Shown: positions 8,387 to 17,696, numbered from the stretch's first letter. The stretch: DNA of 64,000 bases from Candidatus Altimarinota bacterium (GCA_039809385.1 JBDHUY010000007.1:1-64000), one strand, 5' to 3'. A program made the numbers and translations. Notes: generated by a model not told the origin, from the sequence alone.

Positions 8387-10771
8387 ATGCAACAACGCTT
8401 CCTATCGTTTTTCCTCTGCCTACTATTTCTGGGAACGATCCAGCCGGTAGACGCGTTTATTCCGCAAAAGCAGCATATCAACGCCGTTCTTCAGATCTTT
8501 GGCCAGATAAAGGATCCGGAGAACGGAACATTTACCAGCCGCGTCTCCGGCTCGGGATTTTTCTATGATGTTACCGGCGTTATTGCGACCAACGCCCATG
8601 TGGTTATTCGGGATGATGGCAAGCCGTATGACCGGTATCTTGTTTGTTTGCAGCTCGAATCCAACACCGCTCCCGACTGTACATATACTGCGGATCTGCA
8701 GTTAGCCGACCTGGATAGCGATCTTGCATTGCTTAGTCCGGGTAGTCAGGATATCGCGGGCAACCCGCATTCGCTCCCCGTTCAGAATCTTCCCTTTGCA
8801 GATCTGGCACAAACCCGTATCGGCGATGAAATCAATATTCTGGGCTATCCGGGAGCCGGAGGATCTACTATTACCTATACTGCCGGCGTAATCAGCGGTT
8901 TCACCTATGCTTCGTCGGATCCCGAGTTTATGATTTGGATCAAAACGGATGCGAAATTCAACCCCGGCAACTCCGGAGGGCTGGCTCTGGATGCTAACGG
9001 CAAGGTATTGGGTATGCCTACTTTTGTTGTCGGAGAAGGGCAGGGAATCGGCTATCTGCGTCCTGTCTCGTTCATTCGGGAGTGGAAAAAAGAATACGCG
9101 GATCGTCTTATCAGAAACGCTACGGCCTTGCCTCTCATCGTAAAACTCGTTCCTACTTATGTGGAACACGTTACCATCATTCCCGGAGATACGACCGCTT
9201 CGCTCCGCTGGCCTCCGGCTTTTTCCAGCGACGGTATTAAACACTACGAAATTACCTACGATACCAAAGCGATCGATCTTGAAAATTATAATGGGCCGGT
9301 GCAGGATTTGCCGAACTATCAGACAACCGTCGAGCCGGAATTAGTGCTCAAGCACCTTCAAAACGATACGACCTATCATCTCTATATCCGTCCCGTTTCT
9401 CAGCATGATGTAGTGAGTCACTACTGGAGCGATGCGGTCACATTTATGCCTCAGGCCGAGGTAACCGTTACTCCGGAAGTGCTTTACGGAACTGGGCTCT
9501 TTTCGGATGTATCTGCCCGGGATGTGCATGTTCATGCGCTCAGTTACCTGAAAAAACATGCGATTGTCCGCGGATATCCGGACGGTTCTTTTCGACCCGA
9601 AACGCTGATCAACCGCGCGGAACTGGTAAAACTGCTTCTCTCCGGACAGGGGATCGACCCCGATGCCGTCCAGTACCGCGATTGTTTTCCCGACGTGACC
9701 AATCAGTGGTTTGCTCCACCCGTATGTTATGCCAAAGAGCGGGGCTGGATTCAGGGATATGCGGACGGCCTGTTTCGCCCGGAATCTTCCGTCAATCATG
9801 CCGAGGCGGTCAAGATTATTTTAAACGGTTACGGACTTGGTAAAAATCTCGCCTTCGGTGTCGGCAGCTATACCGACATACAGGCGAGCGAATGGTACTA
9901 CGATTATGTTCTGACCGGAGAAAACGCTCAGATCCTCGAAGAAATGGGACAGTTTCAACCGGCTCGCAGTATGACCCGCGCTCAGGTTGCCGAAAATATT
10001 TATCGGCTGGTGCTCATTCGCAAAACCGGTTCTTTCGAGCCCTCCGTTCTGTGGAAGGATCCCGACAATACTCTGGTCGACATGGAGCGCTATTTTCCCG
10101 TTGCCGCGGACAGCGTGTGGGAATATACCGCCAAGCTCATCAAAAGCAGTCAGAACGGCAATGCCAACATGCTGTTACCCGAATTAACCACTTCGCTTAC
10201 CATAGAAAAATCTTGCGCTCTTCCCGAAGGCTCTGAATCGTGTTTTTCTCTGACCGAATCGGTTTTCCAGATGATCGGCGCTGCAACTGGCAGTACCTAT
10301 GCGGTAGAACGGTTGCCGACTCGCTGGGTTATCCGAAAAAGTCTCGACGGTGCAACCGGAAAATCGGCAAATTACGACTTTCCCGAAACCTTGTTTGCCA
10401 ATCGAAATCTGGTACAGTACTTTCGCTTTCAACAGCCGCAGAATCTGAATCTTTCGACCCAGAATATGTCTGCGCAGTTGCTCGACGGCGCCCAGTCGTT
10501 CCGGTTATTGGGATTTGAACCGACTACCGGCCCCGCCGGTTCTCTCTCCTCGCTCAAAGTCCAGAATATTCGTACCATGCGGCTTCAGACGGTCCAATCT
10601 GCCGGAAGCTTGCAGCCGGTTATTGCCGAGTTGCTTTTGAAGCATGATACGGTCTCTTATTATGCTCCCGACGCCGGCATGGTAAAACGAGTCACTACTC
10701 TTCAGATCCAGAATGAAGATCAAACTTTCTTCGAACTGGTCACCGAAGAAGTTCGTAACGGTTGGAAATAG
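8387..10771 (+). CDS. Secreted trypsin-like (S1) serine protease with FN3-like and SLH domains
   Basis: Signal peptide; triad TNAHVV / DLALL / NPGNSGG; SLH repeats (FSDV...GYPDGSFRPETLINRAE, GYADGLFRPE). Confidence 0.88.
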   Translation: MQQRFLSFFLCLLFLGTIQPVDAFIPQKQHINAVLQIFGQIKDPENGTFTSRVSGSGFFYDVTGVIATNAHVVIRDDGKPYDRYLVCLQLESNTAPDCTYTADLQLADLDSDLALLSPGSQDIAGNPHSLPVQNLPFADLAQTRIGDEINILGYPGAGGSTITYTAGVISGFTYASSDPEFMIWIKTDAKFNPGNSGGLALDANGKVLGMPTFVVGEGQGIGYLRPVSFIREWKKEYADRLIRNATALPLIVKLVPTYVEHVTIIPGDTTASLRWPPAFSSDGIKHYEITYDTKAIDLENYNGPVQDLPNYQTTVEPELVLKHLQNDTTYHLYIRPVSQHDVVSHYWSDAVTFMPQAEVTVTPEVLYGTGLFSDVSARDVHVHALSYLKKHAIVRGYPDGSFRPETLINRAELVKLLLSGQGIDPDAVQYRDCFPDVTNQWFAPPVCYAKERGWIQGYADGLFRPESSVNHAEAVKIILNGYGLGKNLAFGVGSYTDIQASEWYYDYVLTGENAQILEEMGQFQPARSMTRAQVAENIYRLVLIRKTGSFEPSVLWKDPDNTLVDMERYFPVAADSVWEYTAKLIKSSQNGNANMLLPELTTSLTIEKSCALPEGSESCFSLTESVFQMIGAATGSTYAVERLPTRWVIRKSLDGATGKSANYDFPETLFANRNLVQYFRFQQPQNLNLSTQNMSAQLLDGAQSFRLLGFEPTTGPAGSLSSLKVQNIRTMRLQTVQSAGSLQPVIAELLLKHDTVSYYAPDAGMVKRVTTLQIQNEDQTFFELVTEEVRNGWK

Positions 10772-10863
10772 GACTTTTTCCTGTTCTCCCAAGTATTGAT
10801 AAATCTGTGCGATTCGCTAACATGTTTTTAGCAGTTTATTATATGTTCTTTTCTTCTATTCCC

Positions 10864-11154
10864 ATGCGAATCGCTCACAATATTCAAAGCTTGACTCGCT
10901 TTATTCGCGAGAATCCCAAGTATATAAAATATCTTAAAAAAACCAAAGAACCCATGTTCTTAACTGTTAAAGGAGAAGCCCGATTGGTCGTGCAGGATGT
11001 CGAAGCTTATGAAGAACTAATGCGATTCAAAGACCGAATGGAAACCATAGCCGGAATCAAGCGCGGTTTGGAATCTATGCGGAGGGGAGAAGGTCGGGAC
11101 GCCGAAGAAGTTTTTGACGAACTTTTTCGAGAATTCAACATCCCTAACGAGTAA
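10864..11154 (+). CDS. Phd/YefM-family antitoxin
   Basis: IQSLTRF...EPMFLTVKGEARLVVQDVEAYE signature; directly upstream of a RelE/ParE gene. Confidence 0.85.
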   Translation: MRIAHNIQSLTRFIRENPKYIKYLKKTKEPMFLTVKGEARLVVQDVEAYEELMRFKDRMETIAGIKRGLESMRRGEGRDAEEVFDELFREFNIPNE

Positions 11155-11159
11155 ACTCA

Positions 11160-11480
11160 ATGAAATATCGGGTGATTATTCAACCGTCAGCACATAAGGA
11201 ACTTAGGACTTCCATAGCGTGGGGATGTGAGAAATGGGGAGTTGAGCAGGCTCAAAAATGGGCACAGGGAATCCGAAAAGCCATCGCCTCACTTGCTACA
11301 TTTCCCGAACGTTACGGATTGGCTCCAGAGCAGGAAGAACCAAGCCACGAAGTACGGCAGATGATCTTTCAACGCTACCGGGTACTTTTTCCCATTGGGG
11401 AGAAGGCTGTACACGTTTTGCACGTTCGCGGCAGCTACACCGGCGGAGTGAATGATGAAACGGAAGACACTAAGGAGTAA
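11160..11480 (+). CDS. RelE/ParE-family toxin
   Basis: YRVIIQPSAHKEL...SLATFPERY...YRVLF...VLHVR; 5 nt after the antitoxin. Confidence 0.85.
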   Translation: MKYRVIIQPSAHKELRTSIAWGCEKWGVEQAQKWAQGIRKAIASLATFPERYGLAPEQEEPSHEVRQMIFQRYRVLFPIGEKAVHVLHVRGSYTGGVNDETEDTKE

Positions 11481-11525
11481 ACCGAAAACGTCCGTTTTTG
11501 ATTAAGAGTTGTTGTTAAATACCCA

Positions 11526-11561
11526 TAAAAAAAGCCCCCGTCAAGAAGACTTAACGGAGGC
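11526..11561 (-). terminator. Intrinsic terminator for the 11588-12040 gene
   Basis: Minus strand gcctccgttaag-tctt-cttgacgggggc followed by a T run. Confidence 0.7.
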
Positions 11562-11587
11562 AGTAAAATCAATCTTTGATCCTTGTC

Positions 11588-12040
11588 CTATTTGCAGGTC
11601 CTGTATTGCCAGCAGAAAAACAGAAAACCGCTACTGCAACAGATTTTGGAGAGTTTGGGACAACACCCTTCCGAGCAATAACAAATGCCGAAGGCTGCGG
11701 GCATAATTCGACCTTCTTGGTTTTTGAAAACCGTGGCAGTAGCAGCAAGGCGTGAGTCATTTGGCGAAAATGGTTCAAGTTCCTTGCTCATAACCTGTCG
11801 GTTAATCGTATCCAAGTTTTTGTAGGCTTCCGACAGGACAGAAGCGGACAGCTTTTGTGATGCTTCCGGTTTGAGGGAAAGCGTTCCGTTGGCGGTCACG
11901 TCAACTAAATCGAAGGCAGTGACCTGGACTTCAACAAGTTTCGGAGTTGGAGTGACAGTGTTGGCCTTTGGAGTGAGCGCAAACACCAGAGTTACGATTG
12001 AAAATACGAGCAAGCTGACTAAAAACTTGCTATGTTTCAT
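11588..12040 (-). CDS. Secreted pre-pro-protein with an 8-Cys C-terminal mini-domain
   Basis: AAGGAGG RBS, signal peptide, C-terminus CYCSEGCCPKLSKICCSSGFLFFCWQYRTCK. Confidence 0.75.
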   Translation of the reverse strand: MKHSKFLVSLLVFSIVTLVFALTPKANTVTPTPKLVEVQVTAFDLVDVTANGTLSLKPEASQKLSASVLSEAYKNLDTINRQVMSKELEPFSPNDSRLAATATVFKNQEGRIMPAAFGICYCSEGCCPKLSKICCSSGFLFFCWQYRTCK

Positions 12041-12110
12041 AGATTGAAACCTCCTTATCTGGAATTTTTTACGTTCTCATCCCATTTTGAGGGGATGTCT
12101 GATTTGGAGA

Positions 12111-12140
12111 AGCCCCCTGATGGTTGTACCCATCAGGGGG
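12111..12140. other. Stem-loop between the two Cys-rich genes
   Basis: ccccctgatgg-ttgtac-ccatcaggggg, 11-bp perfect stem. Confidence 0.6.
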
Positions 12141-12172
12141 GAATATGGACGCACAAGGTGACCATTGGTTTA

Positions 12173-12367
12173 TCACTTACAATCGTCAGAGCCAGACCCC
12201 ATAGCACCACCGATGAGCGCACCGGCAATCAATCCGATAGGCCCAAAAAGAGCGCCAAGTAAAGTCGCGCCCAATGTTGCCCCGGAGACCACCGCGCCAA
12301 AACAAGAGGCTTTGGATTCACACTGACAAACAACCGTCGAACAACCGCACGAATGATTTGCAGACAT
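12173..12367 (-). CDS. Small Gly-zipper, Cys-rich peptide (bacteriocin-like)
   Basis: GGAGG RBS 7 nt before ATG 12367; 64 aa with 6 Cys and a GxxxG-rich hydrophobic core. Confidence 0.65.
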   Translation of the reverse strand: MSANHSCGCSTVVCQCESKASCFGAVVSGATLGATLLGALFGPIGLIAGALIGGAMGSGSDDCK

Positions 12368-12504
12368 AATCATTCCTCCATTTGAGATTTTGGTTTGTTG
12401 AGTTGTTGAGGGAAACTAAAAACGATGGTGGGAAGGTAGCAGAAAAATCTTATTCCGGCAATAGGTGGCAATAAAAAATAGTTAAATATATGTAGATAAA
12501 TGTT

Positions 12505-13299
12505 TTAAAAGGTTATTTTATAAGCTTCGGGGACTTTCAAACCAAACCGTTCTCCATTTTGAGTAAACCGAATGATTTGTGAAGGGGGATGGCTTGGAAT
12601 ATCTTGCTTACATCCGCTTTTGCATTTTTCGTCTTTACATTTCCACCAACCACGATTCTCAAGAGTAAAAGCACCTGCTTTTAGCACCCCCGTGATTGTG
12701 GATGAGTCAACGCCTTTACGCTTGAGAAAAGAACGCATTCTTTCAATTTTTCGATCAACATCAGGAATGAACTCCCCGCGAATGGTGCGTGTGCCGTCAG
12801 CGCGAACACGGACGTTCCCCTGTTTCTCTGCTGTCGTTGGCGGCGGCGTGTGTAGGCCGGGTTGACTTTGTGGTGATGGCGTTTGGAGGGTACTTTGAAC
12901 CTGTTGACCCGTGGAAACGGTCAGCCTTTGCACCAAGAGGTCTATGCCTTCCAGGGACAGCTTGGCTCTGGCCTCTTCTTCCAATTTGGCAACCAGTTCA
13001 ATTTCTTTTCTCAGAAGTGGCTGATTACGAGCTAAATCCTTGTCAACAGGTATCTTAGTGCTTTTTTCTGTAACAGGCAAGTTGACCGGGAAAACTCCAG
13101 TCTCATTCCACTCCATTAAAAGTTTGTATTTGTTTTTAAGAACATTCTGATATGGGGTTTTGGATTGAAACAGCAACATTTCGAGTTGGCTTTTAATGCC
13201 CAAAACTTTAGCCAGAAATTCAGTACCTTCAACTTTTAATTCAATCTCACAATACAATTGTTTTGCTTTTCCTTCATTTTCAAGCGTAGTGTTATCCAC
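12505..13299 (-). CDS. Hypothetical protein (coiled coil, Pro-rich linker, Cys/His-containing C-terminal domain)
   Basis: 264 aa AT-rich ORF, GTG start; WWKCKDEKCKSGC...SHP. Confidence 0.6.
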   Translation of the reverse strand: MDNTTLENEGKAKQLYCEIELKVEGTEFLAKVLGIKSQLEMLLFQSKTPYQNVLKNKYKLLMEWNETGVFPVNLPVTEKSTKIPVDKDLARNQPLLRKEIELVAKLEEEARAKLSLEGIDLLVQRLTVSTGQQVQSTLQTPSPQSQPGLHTPPPTTAEKQGNVRVRADGTRTIRGEFIPDVDRKIERMRSFLKRKGVDSSTITGVLKAGAFTLENRGWWKCKDEKCKSGCKQDIPSHPPSQIIRFTQNGERFGLKVPEAYKITF

Positions 13300-13313
13300 T
13301 TTTATTTTTGCAA

Positions 13314-13620
13314 TTATCTTGTCTTTTTTTGAATGTTAAAAACGGATCGTGAAGTATGTTTAACACAAAATTTTGACCTTATCCCAGCTTTCCTTAGTGC
13401 TTTATACAGTGTGGTTTCTGATTTTAGAATGCGGGCAATTTTTAACGAATTAAACAACATACTTCTGTCTACAAGATTCGTTAAATCTTCTAAAGAGTTA
13501 ATTTTATGCTCATACGTTTCCATCATTCCGTATTTTTGGTCATATTCACAATATGAAAGTGTGCGTTCTTTAGTCTGGTTTGGCCGGTAAATTTTTCTCT
13601 GGCGTAAGTAGCAATCGCTT
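13314..13620 (-). pseudogene. 5'-truncated gene of unknown function
   Basis: The frame of the 70 aa ORF stays open upstream (CYLRQRKIYRPNQTKERTLSYCEYDQKYG-MMET...) and runs into the IS remnant without a further start codon. Confidence 0.4.
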
Positions 13621-13790
13621 TCTCCTATCTCATATTTGGGCGTATCAAATACAAGAAATCAGACCTGCCCTGGTTGCAGCACAAGATCAATGAATCTCTC
13701 CATTATTACCACCACGAACGACCCCATTTATCTCTTAACATGCTCACTCCTCATCAATTCGCTATGTCGCATTTGATCTGAAAGAGAATT
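13608..13790 (+). mobile_element. IS481/IS3-type transposase 3' remnant
   Basis: Frame not in the ORF track, 13608-13781: ...LQHKINESLHYYHHERPHLSLNMLTPHQF..*, matching the rve C-terminal YNxxRPHxSLxxxTP motif. Confidence 0.7.
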
Positions 13791-13908
13791 GTCGCTTTAC
13801 TGGGAATATTCGATAGTATTATACTGCTTCGAGATAGAATAAAGTATTCAAAGCCCTTAAAATACATTTAAAACGGTACTGTAGAATTGAAATTTACCAA
13901 GAGAAAAT

Positions 13909-13940
13909 AAAAAAGCCGATATACTTCTATATCGGCTTTT
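13909..13940 (-). terminator. Intrinsic terminator of fusA
   Basis: aaaagccgatata-cttc-tatatcggctttt. Confidence 0.85.
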
Positions 13941-13962
13941 CTTGATTCTAATAAAATCATGA

Positions 13963-16038
13963 TTACTTCCCGCTGCGTTCCTCGATGATCTTTTGCGCCA
14001 CGTTGTTGGGGACTTTGGCGTAGTGGCTGAATTCCATGACAGAGCTGGCCCGGCCGGTTGACATGGATCTGAGGTCCGTAACATATCCAAACATGTTAGC
14101 CAACGGCACTTTGGCTTCGATCACACGATTAAGCCCACGCTGGGTCATGCTCTCGATTTGTCCTCGCCGACTGTTCAGGTCACCCATCACATTGCCCATG
14201 AATTCTTCGGGCGTTACCACTTCGACCTTCATGATCGGTTCCATGATAACCGGAGAAGCGCGTTTTACGCCATCCTGCAGCGCCATACTCCCGGCAATTT
14301 TAAACGCGAGTTCCGAGGAGTCTACATCGTGGTATGAACCATCGATCAGTGTTATTTTTACATCAACCAGCGGATATCCGGCGATGACACCTTTGGTCAT
14401 GGCTTCCTTGATTCCTTTGTCGACCGCCGGGATAAATTCGTTGGGAATGACACCCCCTTTGATCGCATTGATAAACTCATACCCTTTGTTCAGTTCCTGT
14501 GGTTCGATTTTGATCACGACATGTCCGTACTGACCATGTCCACCGGTCTGGCGTACGAATTTGGCTTCGGCTTCAGCCGCTTTTTCAATAGTCTCCTTGA
14601 AAGCAACCTGAGGTTTTCCAACGTTGGCTTCGACTTTGAATTCCCGTTTCATACGATCGACGAGGATCTCGAGATGCAGCTCGCCCATTCCGGCGATCAA
14701 TGTCTGACCAGTTTCTTCGTTGGTCGAAATGCGGAACGTCGGGTCTTCTTCGGCCAGGCGGGATAGAGCCAGACCCATCTTTTCCTGATCGGCTTTGGTT
14801 TTCGGCTCGATCGCCTGCTGGATCACAGGTTCGGCGAACGTAATCGTAGGCAACATGATCGGTTTATCCTCGTCGGATAGGGTATCTCCCGTTTTCACGT
14901 CTTTCAGTCCGACCACGGCCCCGATATGTCCGGCCGGAATTTCGGTAATCTCTTGGCGAGTGTTGGCGTGCATCTGCAGTAATCGCGCGATACGTTCTTT
15001 TTTCCCCCGCGTACTGTTGACCACATACGTTCCCGATTTCAGAACTCCGGAATAGACACGTACGAACGTCAATTTCCCGACAAACGGGTCAGCCATCAGC
15101 TTGAAAGCCAGCGCGGCCAAGGGCTCGTTGTCGTCTGGCCTTCTCTCCTGAGACTCTTCGCTTTCCGGATGTGTACCGACGATTACACCCCGGTCCAGTG
15201 GCGAGGGCAGATAATCCTGTACTCCGTCCAACACGATCTGTACTCCGATATTCATCAAAGCGTCACCGCAGAATACCGGATAAAGTTTTCCTTGGATAAC
15301 CAAAGACCGTATACCGCGTTTGATCTCTTCGGCTGTCAATTCTTCGCCCATCAGGTATTTCTCGGTCAGCGCATCTTCACCCTCAGCGGCTCTTTCCATC
15401 AAAGTATGCCGGTATTTTTGGCATTTTTCCATCATGTCTTCCGGAATCGGAAGCTCTTTCAGGATTTCGCCGTTCTTTCCTTCGAACGTAAAACCTTTCA
15501 TCTGGACCAGATCGATAACACCTTTGAAATCTTCCGCCATCCCGATGGGTAATTGTACCGCAACCGCGTTCGGGCTTAGCCGCTCGAATATCGAATCGAG
15601 ACTCATATAAAAATCCGCTCCCAGTTTGCCCATTTTGTTAATATAAGCCAGCCGCGGAACATTGTATTTGTCCGCCTGGCGCCATACCGTTTCCGACTGG
15701 GGTTCGACGCCCTGAGAACCGTCGAAAACCGCTACCGCCCCGTCCAAAACACGCAACGATCGTTCTACTTCCGCCGTAAAATCGACGTGGCCGGGCGTGT
15801 CGATGATATTGATCTGTACATCTTTCCAGAAGCACGTAGTCGCAGCCGAAGTGATCGTAATACCCCGTTCCCGCTCCTGTGCCATCCAGTCCATGGTGGC
15901 TTCGCCCTCGTGAACTTCGCCGATCTTGTAGTTTTTTCCGGTGTAGAACAAAATGCGCTCGGTTGTCGTTGTTTTTCCGGCATCGATATGCGCGATAATA
16001 CCGATATTTCTAACTTTCTGAAGGGGGTGGTGAGCCAT
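13963..16038 (-). CDS. fusA: Elongation factor G
   Basis: [47 protein letters not shown]; G4 reads NKMG instead of NKMD. Confidence 0.97.
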   Translation of the reverse strand: MAHHPLQKVRNIGIIAHIDAGKTTTTERILFYTGKNYKIGEVHEGEATMDWMAQERERGITITSAATTCFWKDVQINIIDTPGHVDFTAEVERSLRVLDGAVAVFDGSQGVEPQSETVWRQADKYNVPRLAYINKMGKLGADFYMSLDSIFERLSPNAVAVQLPIGMAEDFKGVIDLVQMKGFTFEGKNGEILKELPIPEDMMEKCQKYRHTLMERAAEGEDALTEKYLMGEELTAEEIKRGIRSLVIQGKLYPVFCGDALMNIGVQIVLDGVQDYLPSPLDRGVIVGTHPESEESQERRPDDNEPLAALAFKLMADPFVGKLTFVRVYSGVLKSGTYVVNSTRGKKERIARLLQMHANTRQEITEIPAGHIGAVVGLKDVKTGDTLSDEDKPIMLPTITFAEPVIQQAIEPKTKADQEKMGLALSRLAEEDPTFRISTNEETGQTLIAGMGELHLEILVDRMKREFKVEANVGKPQVAFKETIEKAAEAEAKFVRQTGGHGQYGHVVIKIEPQELNKGYEFINAIKGGVIPNEFIPAVDKGIKEAMTKGVIAGYPLVDVKITLIDGSYHDVDSSELAFKIAGSMALQDGVKRASPVIMEPIMKVEVVTPEEFMGNVMGDLNSRRGQIESMTQRGLNRVIEAKVPLANMFGYVTDLRSMSTGRASSVMEFSHYAKVPNNVAQKIIEERSGK

Positions 16039-16301
16039 AGGGGACGAGAATTATGAATTATGATGGATGAAGTATCAAAGTAGGAGTATTTTGTAGTTTG
16101 GCATGTAGCATACCAACAGACAGAATTGTAGAATCCGGAATCAAGAATGTAGGATTTGCTTTTACACGCTACGAGGATTGGTTTTTCGATTTTTTTCTTA
16201 ACTGAAATAGTCTGTTGTAATTGCCAATTTTTTTACTCTCCGCATGTTTAAAGACTCCTAAACGAGCGTCCGCTTAGTTAGAAGCGAACCTATCATTCGC
16301 A

Positions 16302-16329
16302 ATTATACGAAAAAGCACGGGCGTGTCAA
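16302..16329 (-). promoter_or_regulatory. Consensus sigma70 promoter of fusA
   Basis: Minus strand TTGACA-N16-TATAAT. Confidence 0.7.
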
Positions 16330-16438
16330 TTGTATCAGAGAGGCAAAAACGAGCGGTTTGCTTGCGCAAATCGGAAGCCTATACTAAGATGGCCAAAGCT
16401 CGTGTCTTGTTTGTGACACTGTGACGCCTTTTTCCATT

Positions 16439-16996
16439 ATGAATCTGGTATTGTCCTGGGACTTGTTTGTTATCGTCTTCTTTGCCCTTATCATTGCTTA
16501 CAGCTTTATCGTAGGGCGCAATATAACTCTCAAGATTATTATTGCCACCTACATTGCGATTCTGACCGCCGACGGGATCGGCAATATTTTGGGGAGTTAT
16601 GTTTCCCCGCGGGTCTTGAATCTCATATTTCCCCGTCTGGACGTTTTTTCCGCCGCGATCGTACTCAAGATTCTCCTGTTTGTTACGGTGATCGTATTTT
16701 TGGCTATGCGGGGTGAATTTCAGGTTAATCTGGGCGAAGGATCGTCTCGTTTCTTCAGTATCCTGGTAAACGGTTTTTTTGGTTTTTTGAGTGCCGGACT
16801 GATCGTCAGCACCATCCTGTTTTACATCTCGGGCGGATCTTTTTTACAAGTAACGGGAGCGATTACGAGTGAGACGATCCTGAGCCTTAAACGGGATTCG
16901 TCGCTGGTACGCAATCTGGTCGATTATTACAATATATGGTTTTCGATCCCCGCAATCGCCTTTGCGGTTTCGAGCTTCGTGAAGAAAGGGGAATAG
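16439..16996 (+). CDS. CvpA-like membrane protein
   Basis: About 5 TM segments; N-terminal DLFVIVFF...SFIVG pattern. Confidence 0.55.
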   Translation: MNLVLSWDLFVIVFFALIIAYSFIVGRNITLKIIIATYIAILTADGIGNILGSYVSPRVLNLIFPRLDVFSAAIVLKILLFVTVIVFLAMRGEFQVNLGEGSSRFFSILVNGFFGFLSAGLIVSTILFYISGGSFLQVTGAITSETILSLKRDSSLVRNLVDYYNIWFSIPAIAFAVSSFVKKGE

Positions 16997-17028
16997 GGAA
17001 AGGTGTCAAAGTATAGGTGTAACCTATT

Positions 17029-17155
17029 AAAATCTCAAAGTTCATCTGCCGTGGCGGATCAAATATCAAAGGAGGTGCAAAACTCCAGTCTCACAATATT
17101 TAGATATTTGAACTTGGGATTTCTTTTGTCATTTGGATTTTTGAACTTTGATATT
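17029..17155. repeat. Heptamer-periodic inverted-repeat element with internal GC palindrome
   Basis: AAA-framed left arm, TTT-framed right arm, atctgccgtggcggat insert at 17044-17059. Confidence 0.7.
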
Positions 17156-17300
17156 ATTTTCGCCAAATCTTCAAAAAGTAAATTCGTAATGGTAAGTCCG
17201 GCAGCCATTTTTAAAGAACCCATACCGAAAAAAACGCTTTCCTTAGCATACTGTTATAAAAAATCAAGATAAAAATCGCATAAAAAAGAGCAAAAAACCC

Positions 17301-17328
17301 TTGCAAACTTTTTTAGGTGGCATATAAT
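17301..17328 (+). promoter_or_regulatory. Sigma70-type promoter of hup
   Basis: TTGCAA-N16-TATAAT. Confidence 0.6.
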
Positions 17329-17363
17329 TCTTGACGATTTTTTATTTTTTAATCTATTTCGCT

Positions 17364-17639
17364 ATGACCAAAGGAGATTTGGTAGCTCACGTTGCCTCCA
17401 AGGCTGGTGTTACCAAAAAAGCCGCTGCTGATGTCATGGAAGCTCTTTTCGCCGCCATTACCATGGAGCTGAAAAAGGGCGGTACTGTTACCCTGACCGG
17501 TTTTGGTACCTTCCGTGTTTCCAAGCGTGCCGCTCGCACGGGTGTCAATCCACGCAATCCTCGCGAGAAGATAAAGATCCCTGCTATGAAGCTCCCTGCT
17601 TTCAAAGCCGGAAAATCCCTCAAGGATTCCGTACGATAG
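17364..17639 (+). CDS. hup: HU DNA-binding protein
   Basis: MTKGDLV...GFGTF...RAARTGVNPRN...PAFKAGKSLKD. Confidence 0.95.
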   Translation: MTKGDLVAHVASKAGVTKKAAADVMEALFAAITMELKKGGTVTLTGFGTFRVSKRAARTGVNPRNPREKIKIPAMKLPAFKAGKSLKDSVR

Positions 17640-17658
17640 TTTTTCTTAGAAAGTTCAC

Positions 17659-17696
17659 AAAAAAACCCGTCGACTCCGTGTCTGCGGGTTTTTTTT
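17659..17696. terminator. Bidirectional intrinsic terminator
   Basis: A-run, acccg...cgggt stem, T-run between convergent genes. Confidence 0.8.

Noticed and set aside
17003-17272. 89 aa ORF
   Set aside because: It is largely a translation of the heptamer repeat element and has no protein-like features.
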